From assembly GCA_016188865.1 (NCBI GenBank), contig JACPGX010000001.1, positions 13,197 to 77,196 on the forward strand: a stretch of 64,000 nucleotides of DNA, given 5' to 3'. Positions 36,665-45,466 of this stretch are shown one piece after another; the stretch's first letter is position 1; each line of letters starts with the position of its first letter. Under the pieces are notes generated by a model. The model worked only from the letters and a program-made list of their open reading frames with translations, was not told where the DNA came from and did no database searches. The translations under genes were made by a program, and so were the position numbers. This DNA is from Candidatus Nealsonbacteria bacterium (GTDB lineage: Bacteria > Patescibacteriota > Minisyncoccia > Minisyncoccales > MHMH01).

Positions 36665-36700
36665 GTCTCCAAGAACGTCTCCAAGAACGTCTCCAAGAAC
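36665..36700. repeat. 3 x 12-bp perfect tandem repeat gtctccaagaac
   Basis: Units 36665-76, 36677-88, 36689-700; directly upstream of the copy-3 promoter. Confidence 0.85.
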
Positions 36701-36709
36701 GAAAGGCTT

Positions 36710-36750
36710 GCCCTCCCACTCATGCATAGGTGGGAGGGCTTGTTTTTTTT
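36710..36750 (+). terminator. orphan plus-strand intrinsic terminator
   Basis: gccctcccac/gtgggagggc 10-bp stem + TTGTTTTTTTT; no plus-strand gene directly upstream. Confidence 0.65.
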
Positions 36751-36799
36751 ATAAAATATGGTAGCGTATAACATCGAACCTTAACAAAGAGGTAAAAAA

Positions 36800-39229
36800 A
36801 TGGTTAAAAGAAGTATGGCGAAACTAAAAGGATTAACCATTGCATTGTGCCAAATGAAGGTAGTCCCGGGGCGTCCCGACCTTAACGCCGCTTACATTAT
36901 TGAAGAAATTAAAAAAGCAAAAAACCGCGGCGTGGACATTATCGTTTTCCCGGAATTGTGCACAACCGGCTACATTGTCGGCGACATCTTTGAAGACGAT
37001 TTCTTTATAGAAGACGTACTTTCTTGGAATAAAAACATTATTGAAGCCACCAGAAACGGCGTTACGGTTGTTTTCGGCACCATAACTGTTTCCCAAAATC
37101 AAAGGGGCGAAGATGGCAGACAGCGTAAACACAATACCGTCGTTACCGCGCAAAACGGCAAGGTGCTGCTGGCTGTCCCTAAGACTCTTCAGCCGAATTA
37201 CCGTTTTTTTAACGATGATAAACATTTTTATTCTTCGCGTAAAATAGCGCAAGAACAAAATATCTCTTTACAAAAAATCCTCAAACCGGTAGAAGTTGAA
37301 ACTAAAATTGGAAAGGTTAAGATCGGCGCTATTGTCTGCGAAGATATGTGGCACAAAGACTACCCTTTCAACCCGACCAAAATCCTGACAGATAACGGAG
37401 CTGAACTTATTATCAATGTTTCTGCTTCACCTTGGACGTGGCAAAAAAACCGCAAACGCCACCAAATTGTCAAAGAATTACTGCAAGAGTGCAAAATTCC
37501 CTTCGTTTATGTAAACAACACGGGTGTTCAAAATACAGGGAAAAACATTATTGTTTTTGACGGAAGCTCAACTGTATACGATGAAAAAGGCGAGATTGTT
37601 TTTGATGTCGAGCCCTATGAAGGTGGCTCTTACGATTTTAAATTCGCCAAAGACGTAAAACCTTTGAAAACAAAGCCGCAAGATGATACTGCAGAACTTT
37701 ATAACGCCATGCTTTGCGCGACTAAAACAATGACGCCTCCGAATAAAAAAGTGCTTGTCGGGTTAAGCGGCGGGATTGATTCTGCTGTTGTCTGCGCTCT
37801 TTTGGTGGACGCCCTAGGCAAAGACCGAGTAATGGCAATAAACATGCCCATGCCCTACAACAGTCAGAAAACTCGCGATTTCGCAGCGCTTATTGCTAAA
37901 AATCTGGGAATTCAATACGAAGTCGTTCCTATTGGTGAAATCGTTGAGGCGGTTTGCAAATCAAGGCAAATTGAACCGGGAACTCTTGCCTATGAAAATA
38001 TCCAAGCGCGGGCAAGGAGAGAAATCTTATCGACTACGGCCGATGGTTTCTTTGTCTGCTGTTCCAATAAGACAGAAATTGCTTTCGGTTATGGCACTCT
38101 TTACGGAGATATTGCCGGATATTTTGCGCCATTGGGCGACTTAGTAAAAAGAGAAGTTAGGCAAATTGCCGCTTATCAAAATCAAACAAGATTCAAACAA
38201 AAAATTATCCCCGAAGAATGCATTAACCAAACGCCAACCGCCGAACTTAAAGAAAACCAAAAAGATCCCTTTGATTACGGCGATTTAACTAAAAGGGGCT
38301 ATCACGACGAGATGATCAGGGCTTTTACCGAGTTTCGCAAAAATCCCGAGTGGTTTATCGAATCGTATCTTAAGAGCAAGTTGGAAGAAGAACTTTTGCT
38401 TGAGCCCGGAACCTTAGTCCGTCTTTTCCCGACCCCTAAAGACTTTGTGAACGACCTGCAACATTGGTGGAAAACGTTTCACGGATCGTATTTTAAGAGA
38501 GTTCAATGCCCGCCCATACCAATTTTCAGCAAACGGGCTTTCGGCAGAGACCTTGAGGAATCTTTAATGCAGCCTCATCTCACCCAAAGATACTTATATT
38601 TAGAAAAATATTTGCTTTCTCAAGGAAAATCTCCAAAGCAAAGAGTTGCGATTTTTGGCGGAAGTTTTAATCCTCCGGCCATGAATCATAAGTTCATCGT
38701 TGCCGAACTTTCCCGAGTGTTTGAAAAAGTGGTGGTCGTGCCTTGCGGCATCAGAACAGATAAACCATCTACCACGGTGGCTTCTCCCCAGCAAAGAAAA
38801 GTAATGGCAGAAATGACCTTCTCGGGTATGCCCAATGTCCAGCTTGATTTTTATGACCTCGAGAAAAATGTTTTTACTCCTACTTATCTTCTGCAGGAAC
38901 GCTACGCCAAACTTTTTCCTGATTCGGAAATATGGATTGCCGTCGGCGAAGATTTAGTGGCAGGCGGAAAGGAAGGCAATTCGGAAATTCAAAAATCCTG
39001 GAAAAAAGGAAAAGAAATCTGGAAAAATTTGAAATTCGTTGTTGTCAGCCAGCCAAATAAAAGACCAAACCCTCAAGACCTGCCGCCAACAAACGAATTG
39101 ATAGCAATAGAAATTATTTTGGGAAGAAGCACCGAGTTAAGAGAGAAAATCTCCAAAGGGCAATCGATTGATGGCCTTGTCATACCGGAAGTAATGCGGT
39201 ATATTGAAGAACAGAAACTTTACAAATAG
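36800..39229 (+). CDS. nadE: glutamine-dependent NAD+ synthetase (CN-hydrolase + NAD synthase) fused to C-terminal NMN/NaMN adenylyltransferase
   Basis: 809 aa; ..FPELCTTGY.., PP-loop GLSGGIDSAV, C-terminal IFGGSFNPPAMNHKFIV (eukaryote-like NMNAT GSFNP..MH). Confidence 0.8.
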   Translation: MVKRSMAKLKGLTIALCQMKVVPGRPDLNAAYIIEEIKKAKNRGVDIIVFPELCTTGYIVGDIFEDDFFIEDVLSWNKNIIEATRNGVTVVFGTITVSQNQRGEDGRQRKHNTVVTAQNGKVLLAVPKTLQPNYRFFNDDKHFYSSRKIAQEQNISLQKILKPVEVETKIGKVKIGAIVCEDMWHKDYPFNPTKILTDNGAELIINVSASPWTWQKNRKRHQIVKELLQECKIPFVYVNNTGVQNTGKNIIVFDGSSTVYDEKGEIVFDVEPYEGGSYDFKFAKDVKPLKTKPQDDTAELYNAMLCATKTMTPPNKKVLVGLSGGIDSAVVCALLVDALGKDRVMAINMPMPYNSQKTRDFAALIAKNLGIQYEVVPIGEIVEAVCKSRQIEPGTLAYENIQARARREILSTTADGFFVCCSNKTEIAFGYGTLYGDIAGYFAPLGDLVKREVRQIAAYQNQTRFKQKIIPEECINQTPTAELKENQKDPFDYGDLTKRGYHDEMIRAFTEFRKNPEWFIESYLKSKLEEELLLEPGTLVRLFPTPKDFVNDLQHWWKTFHGSYFKRVQCPPIPIFSKRAFGRDLEESLMQPHLTQRYLYLEKYLLSQGKSPKQRVAIFGGSFNPPAMNHKFIVAELSRVFEKVVVVPCGIRTDKPSTTVASPQQRKVMAEMTFSGMPNVQLDFYDLEKNVFTPTYLLQERYAKLFPDSEIWIAVGEDLVAGGKEGNSEIQKSWKKGKEIWKNLKFVVVSQPNKRPNPQDLPPTNELIAIEIILGRSTELREKISKGQSIDGLVIPEVMRYIEEQKLYK

Positions 39230-39249
39230 AAAAAGGAAAGGAGGAAAAA

Positions 39250-40155
39250 ATGGGATCTGGTAAATGGTCGGATAATGATTACTATCTTAAAGAAAGTGCG
39301 CGTAGAGTAAGCGGTGAAAGCGCTTTTAAGTACACGGACAACGAAATGAGCAGGGTTAGCCGGGATAAATGGAAGGTTAACCAAAAAATGGACCCGAAAG
39401 GCGTAACGCGCGAAAGCAGGGACAGCGCCACCCATCCGGAATCACTGGCTATCGGAGTCATTTTTGACCACACGGGCTCTATGGGAGAAACCCCGAGAGT
39501 CCTGCAAAGAGCATTAGCCCGCATGATGGGAACTCTCTTAGAAAAAGGCAAAATCGCCAATCCCCAAGTTCTCTTCGGCGCAAATGGCGACGCTACGACT
39601 GATCAGGCGCCATTGCAAATAGGCCAGTTTGAATCTGATATCACTATGGAAGATGATTTGGGCCGGCTCTTGCTGGAAGGAAACGGCGGACACTACGGGC
39701 AAGAATCATACGAACTTGCACTGTATTTCATGGCCCGGCACACTTCAATGGATTGCTTAGAGAAAAGAAAGAAAAAGGGTTACCTCTTCCTTATCGGCGA
39801 TGAACTTCCATATAATATTAAAAAGAGTGAGGTCAAAAGCATTATTGGCGACGAGCTTCCTCAAAATATCCCAGTTGAACAAATTGTCGCTGAGGCCAAA
39901 GAAAAGTATCACATCTTTTTCCTTATTCCTACTGGAGCTCATGGCGGAAGAAATCCCGCGGTAATGCAGCGCTGGGTAGAATTGCTTGGGCAAGAATTCG
40001 TAGTCCAGCTGGAAAATCCCGAAGAGATCGCTGAAAGAATTTCCCTTATAGTGAAAACGAACGAAGAAAAGCTTGCGCCGGCAAAAGGCAAAACAAAAAT
40101 ACCAACTACTGCCCCCAAGGAACCTGCCCGAAAGAAAAAACCCGGAAGGATATAA
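39250..40155 (+). CDS. vWA-domain protein, paralogue of 34348-35286, same KKKPGRI tail
   Basis: 301 aa; VIFDHTGSMGE, ..DQAPLQI.., LEGNGGHYGQESYE; AAAGGAGG SD. Confidence 0.7.
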   Translation: MGSGKWSDNDYYLKESARRVSGESAFKYTDNEMSRVSRDKWKVNQKMDPKGVTRESRDSATHPESLAIGVIFDHTGSMGETPRVLQRALARMMGTLLEKGKIANPQVLFGANGDATTDQAPLQIGQFESDITMEDDLGRLLLEGNGGHYGQESYELALYFMARHTSMDCLEKRKKKGYLFLIGDELPYNIKKSEVKSIIGDELPQNIPVEQIVAEAKEKYHIFFLIPTGAHGGRNPAVMQRWVELLGQEFVVQLENPEEIAERISLIVKTNEEKLAPAKGKTKIPTTAPKEPARKKKPGRI

Positions 40156-40161
40156 AAATAA

Positions 40162-40197
40162 AAAGTCCTGCACTAAGGTGCGGGACTTTACTTTTTT
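40162..40197 (+). terminator. intrinsic terminator after nadE-vWA
   Basis: aaagtcctgcac/gtgcgggacttt stem + CTTTTTT. Confidence 0.7.
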
Positions 40198-40250
40198 AAA
40201 AAATATGATAAAGTGCAATGTTCGTACATTGAAAAAAGGAGGTGGTAAAA

Positions 40251-41219
40251 ATGCTCATAGCTACCTTACCGACGCTTACGGGAACAGAAACGCAGAATCT
40301 TTCAGAAGAAATTTTAAGACATTCTTTAGTAGATGGCGCAAGATATAATACCGGGGGAGCAAGCCCCTACACGCCCAAGCAAATCCTCGAAACACTCAAA
40401 CCTATTGCGGATCGTTACAAAAAAATTCTTTATGTTGATCTTGAAGGAAGACAGGCTCGAGTTGCCGCCTGGACTCCTTTTTCTAGAGGAGCAGTAACCC
40501 TCAACCGCGATTTTAACATTGAGCTTCCAGGCAAGATTCATTTTCGCCGAGGCGGCTGGTGCGACATCGTCAACGCCTTACCGGAAGAACGAAAAATTTT
40601 CTTTAAATCGCACAGAACTAAAGAGGAGTATTATTTAGGCGAATCGCAAAGCGTTAATGTTGTTGCTAAAAATTTTGAAGTGAAAGGCTATCTTTACGGC
40701 GACGATTTTGAATATATCAAAGCAGCTGTTGAGCTAGATATATCTCACTTCATGCTGTCTTTTACCGAGAGTCTGTACGACGTAGTTGATTTTTACGCCG
40801 CGTACCATGAGCACGGCACCATCAACGATTTGCCAAATCCGCAGCTCGTATTGAAAATAGAGTCTCAAAAAGGAATTGAATTCGTTAAAAAATCTTCACG
40901 CCATTTTCTGCGGGAATTCAGGCTTATGGCCGCCAGAGACGATTTATTCCTTAGTTTTGCTGATAAGCGCCCCGAATTTCTCTCAGCCCTTAAGCTTATC
41001 ATCAAGAAAAATCCCAAGGCGATTCTTGCTTCCAAAATTCTATCCGGCCTGCTGGATTATCCCTACGAAGTCTCGGTTGGCGATATGACGGATATAACCC
41101 TGATGAACCATCTCGGTTACCGCCACTTTATGCTTCAAGATGAGCTGGCTGACAATTTTGAGCTGACAATGCAAAACTGGCAAAAAATAATCGTACCTCT
41201 TTTAAGGGAGAAATTATGA
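40251..41219 (+). CDS. pyruvate-kinase-barrel-like protein lacking B and C domains
   Basis: MLIATLPT.., ARYNTGGAS, LVLKIESQKGIE, LMAARDDLFLSF, ..SVGDMTDITL.. parallel PK motifs; ATG after AAGGAGGTG SD. Confidence 0.55.
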   Translation: MLIATLPTLTGTETQNLSEEILRHSLVDGARYNTGGASPYTPKQILETLKPIADRYKKILYVDLEGRQARVAAWTPFSRGAVTLNRDFNIELPGKIHFRRGGWCDIVNALPEERKIFFKSHRTKEEYYLGESQSVNVVAKNFEVKGYLYGDDFEYIKAAVELDISHFMLSFTESLYDVVDFYAAYHEHGTINDLPNPQLVLKIESQKGIEFVKKSSRHFLREFRLMAARDDLFLSFADKRPEFLSALKLIIKKNPKAILASKILSGLLDYPYEVSVGDMTDITLMNHLGYRHFMLQDELADNFELTMQNWQKIIVPLLREKL

Positions 41220-42439
41220 CGGGAGAAGCGATTCTTGTCGGCGGATTGGGTTTCGGAGACGAAGGCAAGGGAAGCATAGTAGATTATCTTGTTCGCACGC
41301 AAGGAGCAAAACTTGTCGTACGCTACAACGGCGGAGCGCAAGCTGGCCATAATGTCGTTACTCCTGAGGGGTTGCATCACACTTTTTCCCAGTTCGGATC
41401 AGGCACTTTCGTGCCGGGCGTAAAAACACATCTTTCTCGATTTATGATCCTAAATCCGCTTGGCATGGTAAGGGAAGAAGAGCATCTCCGTAGTTTGGGG
41501 ATCAAAGACGTTTTTCAAAGAACGACGATTGATGAGCTGGCTCTTGTTACCACGCCGTTTCAAATAGCGGTTAACCGGCTGCTGGAAACTTGGCGGGGCG
41601 ATAAAAAACACGGCAGCTGCGGCATAGGCATCGGCCAAACTATTGAAGATTACGAAAAATATGGAGATAAAGTATTGTTTGCCAAAGATTTGAAAAATCC
41701 CGCAATTATGTCAAAAAAACTGGAGTTTATTCAAAAACAATGCCTCCAAGCAGTTCGCAGTATAACCTCAAATCTTTCTAACACCGAAACAGTAAAAACA
41801 GAGCTGGAATGGCTGGAATGTAAAAATGCTGTAGATTATTTAGTAAAAGAATTTTCTCAGTTCAGCGCCTGCGCAAGAATCGTTGGTGAAAAATATTTAA
41901 CTAAACTGCTTGAGGATAGTTCGCCTGTAATTTTTGAAGGCGCCCAAGGAGCTCTGCTTGATAGAAACTGCGGATTTAAGCCGCATATTACGAAAACCGA
42001 TACTACCCTTGCTAATGCCTATGTACTTCTCAGGGAAGCCGGCTATAAGGGAAAAATAACTAAAATTGGCGTATTACGCGCTTATGCCACTCGCCACGGC
42101 GCGGGCCCCCTTCCCACAGAAGATGAAAAACTGACCAAGATGCTCAATGACGATCATAATGTCTACAATCAATGGCAAGATAACTTCAGAGTCGGCTGGC
42201 TCGATATTCCATTAACTAAATATGCGATTATGATTAATGACGGAGTGGATTTTATAGCCCTAACAAATCTTGATCGTCTTTCAATCCTTGGGACCATAAA
42301 AGTGCGCATTAATTCCGGATTTATAGAATTTTCCGCTTGGCAAGAATTAGTCGATTTCTTACAAAACAAAAACGGACTGAATTGCCCGATTAAAATTCTA
42401 TCATTCGGCCCAACCTGGAAAGAAAAAAAAATAAACTAA
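41216..42439 (+). CDS. adenylosuccinate synthetase family protein (diverged, archaeal-short-type-like)
   Basis: 407 aa; GFGDEGKGSIVDYL, RYNGGAQAGHNVV, GSCGIGIGQT; ATGA overlap with upstream gene. Confidence 0.7.
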   Translation: MTGEAILVGGLGFGDEGKGSIVDYLVRTQGAKLVVRYNGGAQAGHNVVTPEGLHHTFSQFGSGTFVPGVKTHLSRFMILNPLGMVREEEHLRSLGIKDVFQRTTIDELALVTTPFQIAVNRLLETWRGDKKHGSCGIGIGQTIEDYEKYGDKVLFAKDLKNPAIMSKKLEFIQKQCLQAVRSITSNLSNTETVKTELEWLECKNAVDYLVKEFSQFSACARIVGEKYLTKLLEDSSPVIFEGAQGALLDRNCGFKPHITKTDTTLANAYVLLREAGYKGKITKIGVLRAYATRHGAGPLPTEDEKLTKMLNDDHNVYNQWQDNFRVGWLDIPLTKYAIMINDGVDFIALTNLDRLSILGTIKVRINSGFIEFSAWQELVDFLQNKNGLNCPIKILSFGPTWKEKKIN

Positions 42440-42476
42440 AAACCGCTCGGTCTGCGAGGCACAGAGCGGTTTTTTA
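42439..42476. terminator. bidirectional terminator between convergent genes
   Basis: aaaaccgctc..gagcggtttt stem flanked by A- and T-runs. Confidence 0.7.
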
Positions 42477-43712
42477 TTGCGCCGCATTTTGGCCAGCTAG
42501 ATATCCGGTACTCCAGCAAACTTGAAGATTGTAGCCGCCGGTGGGGCCGTGCAAATTTATAATTTCGCCGGCGAAAAACAAATTATTGACTAATTTTGAT
42601 TTCATCGTTTTTGCGTCAATTTCGCGCAATGAAACGCCGCCCGATGTGACTATGGCAAACCCGAATCCCAAAAGAGAATCTACGGTCATTTCTAATTTTT
42701 TAAATAATTTTACTAATATTCGCCTTTCCTCGCTGGTGATTTGATGAACCTTTTTCAATGGATTAATGCCCGAAAATTCAATAATTATTGGAATTAATTT
42801 TTGAGGCAGTAAATCATCCAAAGCATTTTTAAAAAACTTATTAGCGTATTCTACAAAATCTGACTGAATTCTTTTATCTAATGTTCTCTCATCTAAAGCA
42901 GGCTTCAAATCTAACGCCAGCCTGACTTCTCCCCTCTCCAAAAGCTCGCCTATTATAAAAGATAAATCCAAAACTATCGGCCCGGATAAGCCGAAATGCG
43001 TAAAAAGAAGCTCTCCAAACCTGCTGTCTTTTTTCTTGCCGTTTTGGAAGACAAGTAATTCAATATTTTTTAAGGATAGGCCTTGAAGCGATTCGACCCA
43101 ACCTTCCTTAATTTTCACGGGAACCAAAGCCGGCCTTAATTTAGTGACACTATGGCCCAGTTTTTCTGCCCAGCAATAACCATCGCCGGTAGAGCCTGTG
43201 CCGGGGTAAGCTTTACCCCCGGAAGCAATAATATAATTTTTAGCGAAAATCTCTTCGCTAGTTTTCAAAATAATTTTTGAAATGATATTATTATCTTTTA
43301 TAATCTCTGAAACTTCGGCATTAGTCTTTATTTCAACCTTATTTTTTTTCAAATATCCAAGTAAAATATCCAGCACGTCTTTGGCGCTGTCACTTTCTGG
43401 GAAAATCCTTTTTCCCCTTTCCACTTTCATTTTCAATCCCCTCTTCTCAAAAAAATCAACAGTTTCTTTTGGACCGAATTGCGATAAAGCATGCAAAAGA
43501 AAATCGCCCTCTCTGCCGTATTTTTTGACAAGTTGTCTGGAATTAAATTCAGCTCTAGTAATATTGCTTCTGCCCTTGCCAGTAATTAAAAGTTTTCGGC
43601 CAAGTGAATTATTTTTCTCTAAAAGCACGACCTTTGCTCCTAGTTCCGCCGCACGGCCTGCTGCCATCATCCCCGCAGGCCCTCCACCAATAACAATTAC
43701 ATCATAGAGCAT
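42474..43712 (-). CDS. HI0933/BaiN-family FAD flavoprotein
   Basis: MLYDVIVIGGGPAGMMAA..LLITGKGRSNITR. Confidence 0.8.
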   Translation of the reverse strand: MLYDVIVIGGGPAGMMAAGRAAELGAKVVLLEKNNSLGRKLLITGKGRSNITRAEFNSRQLVKKYGREGDFLLHALSQFGPKETVDFFEKRGLKMKVERGKRIFPESDSAKDVLDILLGYLKKNKVEIKTNAEVSEIIKDNNIISKIILKTSEEIFAKNYIIASGGKAYPGTGSTGDGYCWAEKLGHSVTKLRPALVPVKIKEGWVESLQGLSLKNIELLVFQNGKKKDSRFGELLFTHFGLSGPIVLDLSFIIGELLERGEVRLALDLKPALDERTLDKRIQSDFVEYANKFFKNALDDLLPQKLIPIIIEFSGINPLKKVHQITSEERRILVKLFKKLEMTVDSLLGFGFAIVTSGGVSLREIDAKTMKSKLVNNLFFAGEIINLHGPTGGYNLQVCWSTGYLAGQNAAQ

Positions 43713-43719
43713 ATTTATT

Positions 43720-44787
43720 TTATGCAGAGTGTTTTATTTCAATGACATCGCCGTCTTGGACGACGTATTCTTTGCCTTCGGTGCGAATAAGAGCTTTTTC
43801 TCGAGCTTGAACAAAACCGCCTGCATCCAGCAAATCTTTACAGTTTATAACTTCGGCTCTGATAAAATTGGCTTCAAAATCGCTGTGAATAGCTCCGCCG
43901 GCCTTAGGGGCCTTATCGCCTTTTTTTATAGTCCAAGCGCGAGTCTCATCGAGGCCGGTAGTAAAAAAAGTTATCAAACCAAGTATCTCGTAGGCTTTTT
44001 TGATAAGAGCATCTAATTCCGGTTCCTGGGTCAAGCCCAAAGATTCCCTTTCTTCCTTGGTTAAACCGGCAGCTTCGAATTCGGTAGCCACATCAACTAT
44101 TAAATAGGGCCAGTTATTTTTCTTAAACTCATCAATAGCTTCGGATTTTACTTCTTCATCTTTGCCATTTATCAAATACAATCTAGGCTTCATGGTCAGT
44201 AATTGGTATTGGTGAATAATTTTATGCTCGTCTTCCGTAAAACTTTGCTCAAATAGCAAAGTTCCCTTTTCCAGATAATCTTTGACCCGTTTTAGGGTTT
44301 CCAGCTCTTTTATTGCTTCTTTTTTACCCGACTTAGCTTCCCCCTCAACGCCGTTGATTCTTTTATCGATTGTTTCCAAATCTTTTAAGATTAATTCTGT
44401 CTCCAAAATCCCTTTATCTTCCAAGGGGTTTATCTCATCTACGGTTTTGATTATATCCGACTTCAAAAAAGCCCTTAAAACATAAACTACGGCGTCGGTT
44501 TCCCTGATATTAGCCAAAAATTTATTGCCCAATCCCTCGCCTTTATTGGCTCCCTTGACCAAACCAGCTATATCGTAAAATTCAATGGTGGTATAAATTT
44601 TCTTGGCTGACTCCGTAAGCTCGGCCAATTTATCTACCCTTTCATCGGGAACGGCAACAACGCCCACATTTGGGTCAATGGTGCAAAAAGGGTAATTGGC
44701 AATATCCACCTGTTTTTTAGTTATTGTCTGGAATAGCGTGGACTTTCCCACATTGGGCAGCCCCACGATTCCTATTGATAACGGCAT
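43720..44787 (-). CDS. ychF: ribosome-binding ATPase YchF
   Basis: IGIVGLPNVGKSTLF, C-terminal TGS-like domain. Confidence 0.9.
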   Translation of the reverse strand: MPLSIGIVGLPNVGKSTLFQTITKKQVDIANYPFCTIDPNVGVVAVPDERVDKLAELTESAKKIYTTIEFYDIAGLVKGANKGEGLGNKFLANIRETDAVVYVLRAFLKSDIIKTVDEINPLEDKGILETELILKDLETIDKRINGVEGEAKSGKKEAIKELETLKRVKDYLEKGTLLFEQSFTEDEHKIIHQYQLLTMKPRLYLINGKDEEVKSEAIDEFKKNNWPYLIVDVATEFEAAGLTKEERESLGLTQEPELDALIKKAYEILGLITFFTTGLDETRAWTIKKGDKAPKAGGAIHSDFEANFIRAEVINCKDLLDAGGFVQAREKALIRTEGKEYVVQDGDVIEIKHSA

Positions 44788-44794
44788 ATTGTTA

Positions 44795-45241
44795 CTATTT
44801 TAGTTTAAAACTATTTTTAATTTTATCTATATTATCAATCGTAATCCAGGCAGACATTGATCCGAAACCGGTTTTATCAATATCAAACGGCTTTATTTTC
44901 TCTACCTTATCAAAGAATACGAGAATACAATAATTTTTACCTGCAACGTATTTTATTATTTCAGGCATAATACCGGCCGTCCCCAAATCTTTTCTGCCGT
45001 ATTTTTCTAAAATTTCTTCTGTCTTTTCACGGTTTAAACTATCAAACTGCAAAATCTTTGTAACTTTTGCTCTAACCGTAACCGGCCCTCCGGAATCTTT
45101 AAAATATATTCTATCGCTAGGCTTTATTCTGCCCCAAGGAGCATGTTTCATTTTATACCACCTAGATTCAACCGTCTTTTCTCCGGCTAAAATCTTTTCC
45201 GTCAGGCGCCACGACTTTTTCATTATAACCAAATGATCCAT
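44795..45241 (-). CDS. ASCH (PUA-like) domain protein
   Basis: 148 aa; ..KILAGEKTVESRWYK.. pattern. Confidence 0.55.
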   Translation of the reverse strand: MDHLVIMKKSWRLTEKILAGEKTVESRWYKMKHAPWGRIKPSDRIYFKDSGGPVTVRAKVTKILQFDSLNREKTEEILEKYGRKDLGTAGIMPEIIKYVAGKNYCILVFFDKVEKIKPFDIDKTGFGSMSAWITIDNIDKIKNSFKLK

Positions 45242-45242
45242 T

Positions 45243-45464
45243 TCAATTTAGTATTTCAAAAATTTTACTGCTTTCTCTAAAACCTTTAATGAGTCTAATT
45301 TTTTCCGGGGAAATTTTAAAATACCGGGCCAAAGCATCGATTACCGCCCTGTTGGCAAGGCCCCTCACCGGCTTTTCTTTAACCCAAACCTCAAAACTAT
45401 CTTCAGATTTTTTAGTTACCAGCGCTTGACCGGCATCGGGAAAAACTTTAACTTTTATCAGCAT
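45243..45464 (-). CDS. DUF167/YggU-family protein
   Basis: 73 aa; ..KEKPVRGLANRAVIDALARYF.. Confidence 0.65.
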   Translation of the reverse strand: MLIKVKVFPDAGQALVTKKSEDSFEVWVKEKPVRGLANRAVIDALARYFKISPEKIRLIKGFRESSKIFEILN

Positions 45465-45466
45465 AT

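Noticed and set aside
36665-36700. Possible CRISPR-like or minisatellite array
   Set aside because: There are only three contiguous 12-bp units with no spacers and no cas genes. This is a simple tandem repeat in a promoter region.
36601-36750. Plus-strand sRNA running from hairpin iii through the tandem repeats to the terminator
   Set aside because: I found no convincing plus-strand promoter. The same interval contains a good minus-strand promoter for the transposase-like gene, so the repeats are better read as its upstream region. Only the orphan terminator is retained.
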